Virus record (IMG/VR): IMGVR_UViG_2788500300_000002
Span: 1 to 34,320 of that record
From: a virus
Direction: 5' to 3' (one strand)
DNA: 34,320 nt
Made by a program: the position numbers and the translations under genes. This document shows positions 17,464 to 27,788 of the stretch, piece after piece. How positions within the stretch are numbered: the first letter of the stretch is position 1; each line of letters starts with the position of its first letter. The notes beneath the pieces were generated by a model, which had not been told where the DNA came from, made no database searches, and worked only from the letters and a program-made list of their open reading frames with translations.

Positions 17464-18851
17464 TGGACGTGGACGAAGAGCGGCTTGTTTCTCTTGTCGA
17501 GCGGTGGCGGGCTTCGCCTTATGATTTCGTCGTGGAGTGTATCGGGGCGGCGCCTACGGAACAGCAGCGCGGGGTGCTCGAGGCTATGGCTTCGCCCGGC
17601 GCTCGCGTTTCTATACGCTCCGGCCACGGGACGGGCAAGTCTTGCCTTTTCGCGTGGATAGGGCTGTGGGGGATAACATGCTTCTGGGACGTCAAGATTC
17701 CCGCTACCGCCCCGACGGCCCACCAGCTTTCGGATATTATCTGGCCGGAGGTGGATAAGTGGCGCGCGCAGATGCTTGAGCCGTGGAGGTCGTGCGTAAG
17801 GATTAAGGGCGACAAGATTACGATGGAGGGAACGCCGGGCTTCATCGCGGCGCGCACGGGACGCAAGGAGAATCCCGAGGCGTTGCAGGGGTTTCACGCG
17901 GAGCACATGATTTTCCTTATCGACGAGGCTTCCGGTATTCCCGAGGTGGTTTTCGAGGTCGCGCGCGGCGCGCTTTCTACGGAGGGGGCGCGTATCCTTA
18001 TGGCGGCGAACCCGACCAGGCTTACGGGGTATTTCTATAACTCTCATCATAAGAACCGCGACCTTTGGACGCGCTTTCAGTTTTCGTGTCTGGATTCGCC
18101 GCGCGTCTCGCCGGCTTACGCGAAAGAGATAGCGGAGGAGTACGGCGAGGACAGCGATATGTACCGCGTGCGCGTTTTGGGCGAGTTTCCGCACGCTTCA
18201 GAGATGCAGTTTATGCCGGGGGACGTGGTGGAGGCCGCTATGGGCCGCCATCTGCGCGAGGAGATGTTCGATTTCGCGCCCGTCGTCATAGGCGTGGACG
18301 TGGCTATGTTCGGCGGGGACAGGAGCGTGGTCTTTCTGCGTCAGGGGCTTATGTCGAAGATTCTGTATCAGAAGCGCGGGGTTAGGCCGGAGGAGCTGGC
18401 TTCGCGCGTGGCTATGTTCGAGGACGAGTATAAGGCCGACGCGGTTATCGTGGACGCTACGGGCGTGGGCGAGGCCGTTATGTCGAGCCTCCGGCTTATG
18501 AACCGTTCGCCTATCGCTTTTTACGCCGGCGAGAAGGCTTTGCTCGATAACTGCCACAACAGGCGCACGGAGGTCTGGTACAGGATGCGGAAATGGTTTT
18601 ACGAGGGCGGCGCTATACCGGACGACGGCGATTTGCGCGACGACCTTGTCGGGCCGGAATACAGCACGAACAGCCGCGGGCAGCTTCAGCTCGAGCGCAA
18701 GCAGGATATGAAGAAGCGCGGGCTTGCAAGCCCCGACCTTGCCGACGCTCTGGCGGTGACGTTCGGCGCGGAGGTGCGGAAGCGCGAGAGTCCGAAACGT
18801 TTTGCTTCGTCCGACTATACCGCGGACGAGGATTTCGACCTTTACGGATAG
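17460..18851 (+). CDS. terL: Terminase large subunit
   Basis: Walker A SGHGTGKS, Walker B FLIDEASG, nuclease GVDVAMFGGD...SPDLADAL. Confidence 0.93.
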   Translation: MMDVDEERLVSLVERWRASPYDFVVECIGAAPTEQQRGVLEAMASPGARVSIRSGHGTGKSCLFAWIGLWGITCFWDVKIPATAPTAHQLSDIIWPEVDKWRAQMLEPWRSCVRIKGDKITMEGTPGFIAARTGRKENPEALQGFHAEHMIFLIDEASGIPEVVFEVARGALSTEGARILMAANPTRLTGYFYNSHHKNRDLWTRFQFSCLDSPRVSPAYAKEIAEEYGEDSDMYRVRVLGEFPHASEMQFMPGDVVEAAMGRHLREEMFDFAPVVIGVDVAMFGGDRSVVFLRQGLMSKILYQKRGVRPEELASRVAMFEDEYKADAVIVDATGVGEAVMSSLRLMNRSPIAFYAGEKALLDNCHNRRTEVWYRMRKWFYEGGAIPDDGDLRDDLVGPEYSTNSRGQLQLERKQDMKKRGLASPDLADALAVTFGAEVRKRESPKRFASSDYTADEDFDLYG

Positions 18852-18862
18852 GGGGCTGAACG

Positions 18863-19003
18863 ATGGGACGCGAGGCGGATGTTTTTTCTTCGCTTGAGGC
18901 GGACGGGGCTTTTCGGTTTGTTCTGCCGAGGCTGCCGGACGGGGCGTATTTGTTTCCGCAGCCGGAGGCTTCGGTGGACGAGGATTTCGACGTTTATTCA
19001 TAG
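18863..19003 (+). CDS. 46-aa mini-ORF sharing the TerL C-terminal motif
   Basis: Manual translation MGREADVF...SVDEDFDVYS; fills the intergenic gap. Confidence 0.4.
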   Translation: MGREADVFSSLEADGAFRFVLPRLPDGAYLFPQPEASVDEDFDVYS

Positions 19004-19019
19004 AAAGGGGTGATTTGCC

Positions 19020-19247
19020 ATGTGCAGCAGCGGAGGCGGGAGTTATGAACCGACGCCGGTGCCTAAGGCCGTTCCCGGCACGACGAGCGTCGCGAGCGGG
19101 GCTACCGAGGAGAGCGATCTTTCGCTTTCACGGACGCTTGAGAAGCAGCGTAAGCGCAGGGGCGCGGCTGCGACTATACGAAACGAAGGCGGCGCCGGCG
19201 GCATTGAAAGCTCCGGCGGCGGTAAGAAGACGTTCGGCGGTGAATAG
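19020..19247 (+). CDS. Small pre-portal virion assembly protein
   Basis: MCSSGGG...KKTFGGE pattern typical of the gene just upstream of podovirus portals. Confidence 0.65.
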   Translation: MCSSGGGSYEPTPVPKAVPGTTSVASGATEESDLSLSRTLEKQRKRRGAAATIRNEGGAGGIESSGGGKKTFGGE

Positions 19248-19249
19248 TT

Positions 19250-20908
19250 ATGGATTACGTTGCTTTACGGCGCGGCCTTGAACAGAGGCGCGGCGCTCTT
19301 AAGACGGAGGCGTCGTTCATCGAGCCGCTGTGGCGCGACCTGCGCGATTATATCCATCCGTTTCGGGGGCGTTTTCCAGGCGAGCAGGCGAACAGGATTC
19401 TGCCGGACATGGGGCGCGTGCTTTCGAGCGTGCCTATGAAGGCGCGGTCCGTGCTTGTCGCGGGGCTTCAGAGCGGCCTTACTTCGCCGTCGCGGCAGTG
19501 GTATATGCTTTCGACGCACGACGCGGAGGCAAATTCCGACTGGGAGGTGCGCGCGTGGCTCGACGACGTTCACGAGCGCATGATGCGCGTTATGCAGGGG
19601 AGCAATTTCTATCACGCGCTGCATAACGTCTATGACGAGCTGGTTACCTTCGGAACTGGCGTGATGATGATAGAGCCGGATTTCGAGAACGTCATTCGCT
19701 GCTCCACGCTGACATGCGGGCGGTATTGGCTCGGCGCTTCGAACGGGTACGACGTAGACTGCATTTACCGGGATTTCTCGCTTACGGCGAAGCAGATGAC
19801 GAGCCTTTTCGGAGAGGAGAAATGTTCGCAGGGAGTGCGCTACGCGGCGCGTAATTCGCCTTTTACGCAGTTTACGGTGCATCAGGCCATCGAGCCGGAT
19901 TTTGAGAAGCTGACGAAAAAACCGTGGCGCTCCGTCTACTGGGAGGATTCGGGCGGAGGCGCATCGGCGGGAGTGCTTCGCGTGAAGGGCTACGGCTCTT
20001 TTCCAGCCATGACGCCGCGCTGGCACTGCGTGGACAGCGACACTTACGGCTACGGCCCAGGAGCCGAGGCTCTGCCCGACGCGAAGGAGCTGCGCATCCA
20101 GATACGTGACAGGGCCGTCGCGGTGCGCAAGCAGGTGGCTCCGCCGCTCGTGGCCGGCGAGACTCTGCGGCGCAGCAAGGTGCGGACGATGCCGAACGGC
20201 GTGACTTACGTCCCTGACGCGCAGCTTCAGCAGATTATCCCGCTGTATAACGTGAATCTGGATATCTCGGCTTTGCAGATGGTTATAACGGAGACTTGCA
20301 ACGCGATACGCGGGACGATGTTTACGGATTTGTTTCTCATGCTTCAGAGCGGAGACGCGCCGCAGATGACGGCTCGCGAGATTATAGAGCGGCACGAGGA
20401 GAAGATGCTTGTGCTCGGCCCCGTGCTTGCGAGGCTTGAGCGCGAGCTGCTTTCTCCTGCTATCGCGCGCATTTACGCGATTATGAACGAGTCGGGGCTC
20501 ATCCCTCCCGCGCCGGAGGCTATTCGTGGGCAGGAGATAAACATCGAGTTCGTCTCTATTCTCGCGCAGGCGCAAAAGATGCAGGGGATGAAGCCTATCG
20601 AGCAGGGGGTAAGCTTCGTCGGCTCTCTCGTGCAGGCTTTCCCCGAAGCGGCGGACGCCCTCGACGTGGACGAGACTATCCGCGAGTACTGCAAGCTGTC
20701 TGGCGCTCCGGCGAAGATGCTGCGCGACCCGAAGGCGGTGGAGGCTCTGCGCGAGCAGAGGCGTCAGGCTATGGCGCGTCAGGAGCAGGCTATGGAGGCG
20801 CAGCAGGCCGTCCAGTCCGCCCAGCAGGCGGCGCAGGGCGCGAAGCTGCTTTCGGAGACGGACGTGCGGCCTAATTCGGCGCTTTCCGCCGTTATGGGCG
20901 GCCCATAG
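19250..20908 (+). CDS. Portal (T7/BPP-1-like head-tail connector)
   Basis: AGLQSGLTSPSRQW, YGYGPG, MTAREIIERHEEKMLVLGPVL. Confidence 0.92.
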   Translation: MDYVALRRGLEQRRGALKTEASFIEPLWRDLRDYIHPFRGRFPGEQANRILPDMGRVLSSVPMKARSVLVAGLQSGLTSPSRQWYMLSTHDAEANSDWEVRAWLDDVHERMMRVMQGSNFYHALHNVYDELVTFGTGVMMIEPDFENVIRCSTLTCGRYWLGASNGYDVDCIYRDFSLTAKQMTSLFGEEKCSQGVRYAARNSPFTQFTVHQAIEPDFEKLTKKPWRSVYWEDSGGGASAGVLRVKGYGSFPAMTPRWHCVDSDTYGYGPGAEALPDAKELRIQIRDRAVAVRKQVAPPLVAGETLRRSKVRTMPNGVTYVPDAQLQQIIPLYNVNLDISALQMVITETCNAIRGTMFTDLFLMLQSGDAPQMTAREIIERHEEKMLVLGPVLARLERELLSPAIARIYAIMNESGLIPPAPEAIRGQEINIEFVSILAQAQKMQGMKPIEQGVSFVGSLVQAFPEAADALDVDETIREYCKLSGAPAKMLRDPKAVEALREQRRQAMARQEQAMEAQQAVQSAQQAAQGAKLLSETDVRPNSALSAVMGGP

Positions 20909-20919
20909 GAGGCGAAGGC

Positions 20920-21258
20920 ATGAATAAGGATGAAGCGTTCCGACTGGAACGGCTGAAAGGTGAAGCGAAGCTCGCGTCCGCTCTTCTGGCTCTGCCGGAG
21001 GGGCGGATTTTTTGCGGCCTTCTGCTTGAGGAGACGGGGTTTCTGCGTAATTCAGCGAGGGATTCGCCGACGCCGGGGGACACGTATTTCCGCGAGGGCG
21101 AGCGCAACGTGGGCCAGCGGGTGTTCGAGCTGCTTTGGCGCGCGGGCGGGGCCGCTCCGCTTTCCTGTATGGCGGAGTACGGCGAGTGGCTCGCGCAGGT
21201 CGAGGAGCGCTCGCTCGCCGTTTCTAAGGGCGAAGGGAACGCTGTGTATGAATGTTAG
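20920..21258 (+). CDS. Conserved podovirus protein (Bbp19-like)
   Basis: PEGR...TYFREGERNVG motif; position after the portal. Confidence 0.65.
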   Translation: MNKDEAFRLERLKGEAKLASALLALPEGRIFCGLLLEETGFLRNSARDSPTPGDTYFREGERNVGQRVFELLWRAGGAAPLSCMAEYGEWLAQVEERSLAVSKGEGNAVYEC

Positions 21259-21272
21259 AAAGGGGAATTTTT

Positions 21273-21947
21273 ATGGCTGATGAGAATGTGAACGCGGCTG
21301 TGAACGAGACGCCGCCCGAAACGCAGAACGCAGAGGTTCCGCAGTCCGGCGGGGACGACGACGGTTCGCTGCTTACGGAGGGGCTTGAGGCCGCCGGAGA
21401 CGGGAGCACGAAGGAGAGCGCAGAGGGCGCGGCTGAAAAAACCGCCGTAAAGGATGAGGCTTCAGCGCCCGAGGTTCCCGAGAGGTACGAGCTTAAGATG
21501 CCGGATGGCTGGACGCTCGACGAGGAGGGGCTCGCAGAGCTCACTCCTATTATGCACGAGCTCAAGGCTTCGAACGAGCAGGTGCAGGCAGTCGCCGACC
21601 TTTATATAAGGCGTATGTCGGCGGCGCGCGAGAGGCAGATGGCGGCCGAGCGCGAGACTGTGAAGAGCTGGCGCGAGGAGCTGAAGAACGACGCAGAGAT
21701 AGGCGGCGCAAAGTACGAGGAGAATCTCGCTTCGGTGAAGAAGATGCTTATCAAGTACGGGAGCGAGGATTTTTACAACTATCTCGACGATTCGGGCCTG
21801 GGTAATTATCCGCCGTTCGTGAAGGTCATGGTGAAGATAGCGAGGGAGCTTGAGGACGACCGGTTCGTCCCGGGTGCCGCCGCTTCTTCCGACGAGCCTG
21901 CCGCGGCGGCGGCGAAGATGATTTTCGATAAATCTCTCAAGGACTAG
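21273..21947 (+). CDS. Capsid scaffolding protein
   Basis: Acidic low-complexity N-terminus, PERYELKMPDG, SGLGNYPPFVK; precedes the capsid gene. Confidence 0.75.
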   Translation: MADENVNAAVNETPPETQNAEVPQSGGDDDGSLLTEGLEAAGDGSTKESAEGAAEKTAVKDEASAPEVPERYELKMPDGWTLDEEGLAELTPIMHELKASNEQVQAVADLYIRRMSAARERQMAAERETVKSWREELKNDAEIGGAKYEENLASVKKMLIKYGSEDFYNYLDDSGLGNYPPFVKVMVKIARELEDDRFVPGAAASSDEPAAAAAKMIFDKSLKD

Positions 21948-21960
21948 GAGGCAGAAAGTT

Positions 21961-22968
21961 ATGAGCATTATCGGAGGCACGAGCCTTTCGCTTATGGATG
22001 TCGCACGCCGCACGGACGGCGACGGCAAGATTGCAAAGATCGTGGAGATTCTTTCGGAGCAGAACAGCATTCTCGAGGATATGATGTTCGAGCAGTGCAA
22101 TAACGGCATGGTTCACAGGACGACGGTGCGCACGGGGCTGCCGGCGGGGACGTGGCGCAGGCTTTACGGCGGCGTGCAGTCGGAGAAGAGTACGACGGAG
22201 CAGATTCAGGACGCATGCGGCATGCTTGAGACTTACAGCAAGGTGGACAAGGCTCTCGCGGATATGTCGCCGGACAAGGGGGCTTTTCTGCTTTCGGAGT
22301 CGGTCGCTTTTCTTGAGGGGCTTTCGCAGACTATGGCTGATACTCTCATCTACGGGAACGAGAAGAACGACAAGGCTAAGTTCACCGGGCTCGCGGCGCG
22401 CTACGGCACTCTTTCGACGGACGAGCGGAAGATCGGCTTCAACGTTATCAGCGGAGGCGGCTCCGGGACGGACAATACTTCGATTTACGTCCTTAACTGG
22501 GGGAGCCAGACTATGCACGGCCTTTATCCGAAGGGGTCGAAGGCGGGCGTCACTGTAGACGACAGGGGACAGCAGACTGTGCAGGATAAGGACGGGAACG
22601 ACTTCGAGGCTTACGTCACGCATTATAAGTGGGATATGGGCTTCTGCGTGCGCGACTGGCGTTACGGCGTGCGTATCGCGAATATCGACGTCTCCGACCT
22701 CGCGAACGCGGGCGAGAGCGGGTATTCGGGCGCGAATCTCATAAATCTGCTTATTAAGGCGTTCGGCAAGTTCCCGAAGGCGGATATGGGCCGCCGCGTC
22801 ATCTACTGCAACCGCACCGTCATGACGGCGCTGAATCTTATGGTGGCGAATCACGAGACTGCGGCGCTGAAGATAGACGAGGTCGGCGGAAAGCCCGTAA
22901 CGAAGTTCTGGGGAGTGCCTATCCGCCAGGTGGACGCGATCCGCAACGACGAGGCCGCAGTGGCCTAG
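21961..22968 (+). CDS. Major capsid protein
   Basis: HRTTVRTGLPAGTWRRLYGGV, VRDWRYGVRIANID, FWGVPIRQVDAI (BPP-1-like). Confidence 0.9.
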   Translation: MSIIGGTSLSLMDVARRTDGDGKIAKIVEILSEQNSILEDMMFEQCNNGMVHRTTVRTGLPAGTWRRLYGGVQSEKSTTEQIQDACGMLETYSKVDKALADMSPDKGAFLLSESVAFLEGLSQTMADTLIYGNEKNDKAKFTGLAARYGTLSTDERKIGFNVISGGGSGTDNTSIYVLNWGSQTMHGLYPKGSKAGVTVDDRGQQTVQDKDGNDFEAYVTHYKWDMGFCVRDWRYGVRIANIDVSDLANAGESGYSGANLINLLIKAFGKFPKADMGRRVIYCNRTVMTALNLMVANHETAALKIDEVGGKPVTKFWGVPIRQVDAIRNDEAAVA

Positions 22969-22983
22969 GAAGGAGTGTTTTGC

Positions 22984-23379
22984 ATGATTCTGGATTCTAA
23001 TCTTGTGCTCTGCGAGGGGCTTGCGCTTTCGACTGCGGGGGCTTCGGACATTCTCGACCTTACGGAGGGCGGAGATACGCTCGGCAGCGAGCTGCTTATC
23101 GTCTGCCAGTGCAGCGAGGCTGCTGCCGGAGGGACGAGTTTCGAGGTAGCTATACAGACTGACGATGATTCGGCCTTTTCGTCGGCGAAGACGCTTTTCA
23201 GCTCCGGCGATATTCTGACGGCGGAGGCCGCCGCCGGCGCGAAGCTGTTCGCGGTGCGCGTGCCGCGAGGCGCGGAGCGTTATCTGCGCGCGAACGTGAC
23301 GGCTTCGGGGAGTTTTACCGGCGGCAAGCTGGATATTTTCCTTGTCGAGGGCGATACGCACAGCTGGGAGGATATTTAA
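22984..23379 (+). CDS. Capsid cement protein (Bbp16-like)
   Basis: MILDSNL...IQTDDDSAFSS...ERYLR...FTGGK. Confidence 0.8.
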   Translation: MILDSNLVLCEGLALSTAGASDILDLTEGGDTLGSELLIVCQCSEAAAGGTSFEVAIQTDDDSAFSSAKTLFSSGDILTAEAAAGAKLFAVRVPRGAERYLRANVTASGSFTGGKLDIFLVEGDTHSWEDI

Positions 23380-23383
23380 CCGG

Positions 23384-23449
23384 AGGCGGGGAATTTTCCC
23401 CGCCTTTTTGACTGTTATTGAAAAGGGGACGCTCTGCGTCTCTTTTTTT
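23384..23449 (+). terminator. Two tandem intrinsic terminators after the head genes
   Basis: AGGCGGGGAA/TTCCCCGCCT + T run; AAAAGGGGACGC/GCGTCTCTTTT + T run. Confidence 0.75.
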
Positions 23450-23473
23450 ATGACTGTCGAGGGAGTGATTTTT

Positions 23474-24082
23474 ATGGAGAACGCGGCTGGTTCGGGCGTC
23501 GAGAACGCAGTTTCCATATGTAACAGGGCGCTGTGTTTGGTGGGCGGCACTAGGATGATTTCGTCTCTGCTTGAGGCCTCTACGGAGGCGGCTCTGTGTT
23601 CGTCGGTCTACGGCGCCGCTTTGCGCTCGATGCTTGCGGAGCATCCGTGGCTGTGGTGCCGCGCCGCGGATGCTCTTCCGCCGGAGGCGGAGGTAAAGGT
23701 CCCGGGTTTTAAGTATGCCTACGGCTTTCCGGCTAACTGTCTTTATCTGCATAGGGTTTTCAACGAGGAGACGGAGAGCGGGCTTTTCCGTCAGTTTACT
23801 GTGAGCGGAAAACGGATGATTTTCACTGACCTTTATCAGGGTTATGCGGAATATACGAAGCTGCCGGCGGAGGATATTTTCCCGCCGCTTTTTGCCGAGG
23901 CTCTCGCCTGGCGCATCGCTATGGAGCTTTCTGTGGCGCTTTCGGGCGGGAATATTAACAAGCGAGAGCATCTCGCGAATTTCTACCGCGAGGCGGTCGG
24001 TAACGCCGCTGCCGCAGACGCGAACGAGAGCATGGAGGCTGCGCGCGTATGGGGCGACGAATATCTGAAGGCGAGGTCGTAG
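23474..24082 (+). CDS. Tail tubular protein A / adaptor
   Basis: SICNRALCLVG...HPW...YAYGFPANCL...FPPLFAEALAWRIA. Confidence 0.8.
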   Translation: MENAAGSGVENAVSICNRALCLVGGTRMISSLLEASTEAALCSSVYGAALRSMLAEHPWLWCRAADALPPEAEVKVPGFKYAYGFPANCLYLHRVFNEETESGLFRQFTVSGKRMIFTDLYQGYAEYTKLPAEDIFPPLFAEALAWRIAMELSVALSGGNINKREHLANFYREAVGNAAAADANESMEAARVWGDEYLKARS

Positions 24083-24086
24083 GCGC

Positions 24087-26703
24087 ATGAGCATTTATAC
24101 GATACAGACTTCTTTCGCCACTGGCGAGATTTCGCCGTCGCTTTACGGGCGGCCCGACCTTGCGAAGTATTCGGCGGGGCTTGCGAGGTGCGAGAATTTT
24201 ATAATCCATCCGCACGGAGGCGTCTCGAAGCGTCCCGGGATGAGGTTTGTCGCGAAGGCTAAGGGGCGCTGCCGCCTCGTGGAGTTTGAGTATTCCATAG
24301 ACCAGAGCTATGTGCTTGAGTTCGGGAATAAGTATGTGCGTTTTTTCCGCGGCGGCGCGCAGATTATGAGCGGCGGCTCGCCTTACGAGCTTGTTACTCC
24401 TTATCTTGAGGCTGACCTCGACGGGCTTTCTTTCACGCAGTCGGCGGACGTGCTTTATATCGTGCATAAGGATTACAGGCCGATGGAGCTTTACCGCGTG
24501 AGCGACGCGGTATGGAAGCTGGAAGATTTTGCTTTCAGCGGCGGGCCGTTCCGCAATAAGACGGCGGCGCAGGATGATATTACTCTCGCGCTTTCGGCGA
24601 AGTCGGGGAGCAATGTGACGATGACGGCCTCGTCTGCGCTTTTTGAGTCGGGGCACGTCGGAGCTTTGTTTTCGCTGACGCATCACGTGGACGAGGTTAT
24701 GGTGAAGTCGTCGGGGGATTCCGGCGGAGTATGGACGGAGACGACGATTTATGGACTTCAAAATACCTCTGAAGTCGGAGGCGGTGTTTTCTCTCGAAGG
24801 TTCATTTGCCAGACCGATACGCAGCGTGAACAGTTTGTTGTTGGACGCCAGGTTCTTTTCGGAAGTCTGAGTTCCGTCGTTACCTCTGTCAACGGCGATG
24901 TGATCGAGTTCTCTCCTTCTCCGACATGGCAGGAGGGGGATATATCCTGCAAGGTCCTTATGCCATCTTCGTCAGGATGGCCGCTTGAGGTTACCGCATA
25001 TAAGGAGTGGAGGCTTGAGTCTGGCGGCTTTTGGGGCGGCGAGGTTGTGCTCGAATACTGGGACGCGGACGAGAATGCCTGGGTGAAGTATAAGACTTAT
25101 ATCTCGCAGGCTTACGACGAGGGAACGACCTCAAGCTGCGGGAATGCGAAGAATTACAGCGACCAGGATACGGTGGAGGAGCCGACGAAGCTGAGGCTGC
25201 GCGCCGTTTCTTTTACTTCGTTCGTGCCGGAGGGAAATTCCGAGGAGGACCGAGGCTATTTCCAGCTCGTCGCCATGGCGGGCTATCATAAGGCTGTCGC
25301 GCGCGTCGTTTCCGTCTCTTCGCCTACTTCGGCGGTCGTCTCTCTTGAGATTGAGGCGGCTTCGACGCGCGCGACGCTGAACTGGCAGGAGGGCTCGTGG
25401 AGCGACGTGCTTGGCTGGCCCTCGGCTGTCGGGTTTTATCAGGAGCGGCTCGCCATGGGGGCGACGCGCGAAGAGCCGCAGAGCTGGTGGCTGTCTGCGG
25501 TGGGCGATTATTACGATTTCAGCGTTTCGCTCGACGTGCTGGACGACGAGGCCGTCTCTGGGACGCTTGTGTCGCGCAAGCTTTACGATATAAATTATTT
25601 CGTTTCGACGAATAAATAAGCTGCTTATTATGACGTCGGGCGGCGAGTGGCTGCTTTCGCCCGGGGCCGCCGGCGGGGCGCTGACGCCTTCGAACGTTGA
25701 GGTCGGGCTTCAGGGGAACCGCGGATGCGCGCGCATCGAGCCTATCGTCATTGGAAATATGGTACTGTTCGTGCAGTCGCGCGGGCTGCGTATCCGCGAC
25801 CTTGGATATGAATATGTCTCGGACAGTTATACGGGGACGGACCTGACGATGCTTGCGCGCCATCTGTTCGAGCGCTGGACTATTAAGGACTGGGCTTTTG
25901 CTCAGGAGCCGGATTCGATGTGCTGGACCGTTATGAGCGACGGCTCGCTTATTGCGCTGACTTATATCCGCGAGCAGGAGGTCGTCGCCTGGGGGCGTTT
26001 TCCAACGGATGGCTTTGCCGAGTCCGTCGCGGCGGTCGTTTCCGAGGGCGTGGACGACGTTTATCTCTGCGTCAGGCGCGGGGATGAGCGGTTTATCGAG
26101 CTGCTTTCGCCTGCGGAGGCTTTTTCTCCAGAGGAGGCTTTCTTCGTGGACGCGGGGATCACCGCGCGTTTTGAGACGCCTTCGCGCGAGGTCTCCGGCC
26201 TTTCGCATCTTGAGGGTCGCGAGGTTGTGTGTCTTGCTGACGGGAACGTTATCGAGGGGCTGACGGTCGAGAACGGCAAGGTCGTTTTGCCTCATGCGGC
26301 TTCCGTCGTACACGTCGGGCTTCCTTATGCGGCGCTGCTTGAGACGCTCGAGCTTGTCTACGGACGTCAGGACGGCACGCAGCTTACGAGGAAGTCGCGT
26401 ATTTCTTCGGTTACGGCGCGTGTGGAGCGTACGCGGGGGCTTTTTATCGGGACGGAGGTTTCGCAGAAAAGTCCGCGCGATACTTCAGACAGAACCGGGC
26501 TGACTGCGGTCGAGGAAGGGCTTCTGTCGGAGGCCCCGCAGAGGACGGACGAGCGTTATAACGAGCCTGTCGGACTTTATACGAAGGATTATAAGCTGCA
26601 TCTGTCGAGCGGCTGGGGACAGGGGCGCATTACGTGCTGGGCGCCTTATCCGCTGCCCTGTTCCATTCTCGCGCTTGTCGCCGAAGTGGAGACGGGGGGA
26701 TAG
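24087..26703 (+). pseudogene. Tail tubular protein B / nozzle, split by a frameshift at ~25611-25618
   Basis: Starts IQTSFATGEISPSLYGRPDL. Removing one AATA from ACGAATAAATAAGCTG joins 24087-25619 and 25630-26703 as ...VSTNKLLIMTSGGEW... Confidence 0.8.
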
Positions 26704-26705
26704 TC

Positions 26706-27182
26706 GTGGCGATTTTTCTAAGACGCGCCGAGCGGCGCGACTGCGAGGCAGTCCTCCGCGATATACGTCCGGCGGACGAGGCGGAGCTTATTGCGTCGGA
26801 TGGGGACGCGCGTCTGGCGGTGATGAAAGGGTGGCTTGCTTCGCCTTCTTACTGCTGGGCAGGGTATGACGAGTGCGGGCGCGTGCTTGGAGTTTTCGGC
26901 GTTTGTATCGAGGACTGGTATTGGGCGTGTCCGTGGCTGGTGGGGACGCGGGCGCTGGATTTTCACCGGCGGGAGTTCGCGGAGCTTTCTTTTCGTATTT
27001 TTCCGCGTGTGCGCGAACGGTTTCCAAATATGCGGAATTTCGTCGACGAACGGAATCGCGCGAGCATAGCGTGGCTTTCGCGTCTCGGCTTCGAGATGGG
27101 GGAGGCTGTGCCGCGCGGCCCTTACGGACTTCGGTTTATTCCTTTTCGGATAGGAGGCGGTGACAAGTGTGTACTGCTGTGA
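26706..27182 (+). CDS. GNAT-like internal virion-associated protein (T7 gp13-like)
   Basis: IRPADEAEL...PWLVGT...NFVDERNRASIAWLSRLGF. Confidence 0.75.
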   Translation: MAIFLRRAERRDCEAVLRDIRPADEAELIASDGDARLAVMKGWLASPSYCWAGYDECGRVLGVFGVCIEDWYWACPWLVGTRALDFHRREFAELSFRIFPRVRERFPNMRNFVDERNRASIAWLSRLGFEMGEAVPRGPYGLRFIPFRIGGGDKCVLL

Positions 27183-27775
27183 TGGCGACTGCCTTGTCGG
27201 TCGCAGGAGGCGTTTATTCAGGTATTACTGGTATGCAGGCGGCGCGCGAGCAGGCGAACGCCGCGAGGATGCAGTCTGAGTACCAGGCGCAGGCGCTTGA
27301 GTTCAATGCGGCTCAGGCGAGGAACGAGGCCGACGCAGTTTCGCGGCAGGGGGCGAACGAGGTTTCAGACCTTCAGAAGCGTCAGCACGCCGTCGCTGCT
27401 TCGGGACGTGCGTCCGCAGGGGCTTCCGGCCTCCTCGTCGATTCCGGTTCGGCGGCTGACGTGAACGCGGCTACAGAGGTTCAGGCGGAGAGCGACAGGA
27501 ATCTTATGCGGGAGAATTATCAGAGGCGGAGGTTCGGGTATGTGAACCAGGCCGCAGGGTACGAGCATCAGGCGGCGGGGGCCCGCGCCGGAGGCGAGGC
27601 TTACGCTTCGGCGGTCGAGAACGCCGGGCGCGCCGGGCTGGCCGGTTCGCTGCTTACCGCCGCAGGCACTGTGTCGAGCAAGTGGGACGACATGACCGGC
27701 TGGCAGAAAAGTACGAAAAAAAGCGGCGGCTACGCGGGGCCTTTCGGGCTTTCCGCTATAAAGCGGCTGGGGTGA
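27167..27775 (+). CDS. Internal virion (ejection) protein, gp14-like
   Basis: MC start, Ala/Gln/Gly-rich, ASGLLVDSGSA motif, gene position. Confidence 0.7.
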   Translation: MCTAVMATALSVAGGVYSGITGMQAAREQANAARMQSEYQAQALEFNAAQARNEADAVSRQGANEVSDLQKRQHAVAASGRASAGASGLLVDSGSAADVNAATEVQAESDRNLMRENYQRRRFGYVNQAAGYEHQAAGARAGGEAYASAVENAGRAGLAGSLLTAAGTVSSKWDDMTGWQKSTKKSGGYAGPFGLSAIKRLG

Positions 27776-27788
27776 GGGGGAATCCACA

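Noticed and set aside
24720-24980. Intein or intron in the tail nozzle gene
   Set aside because: Composition shifts slightly but the frame is continuous and no splicing motifs were seen; more likely a variable domain
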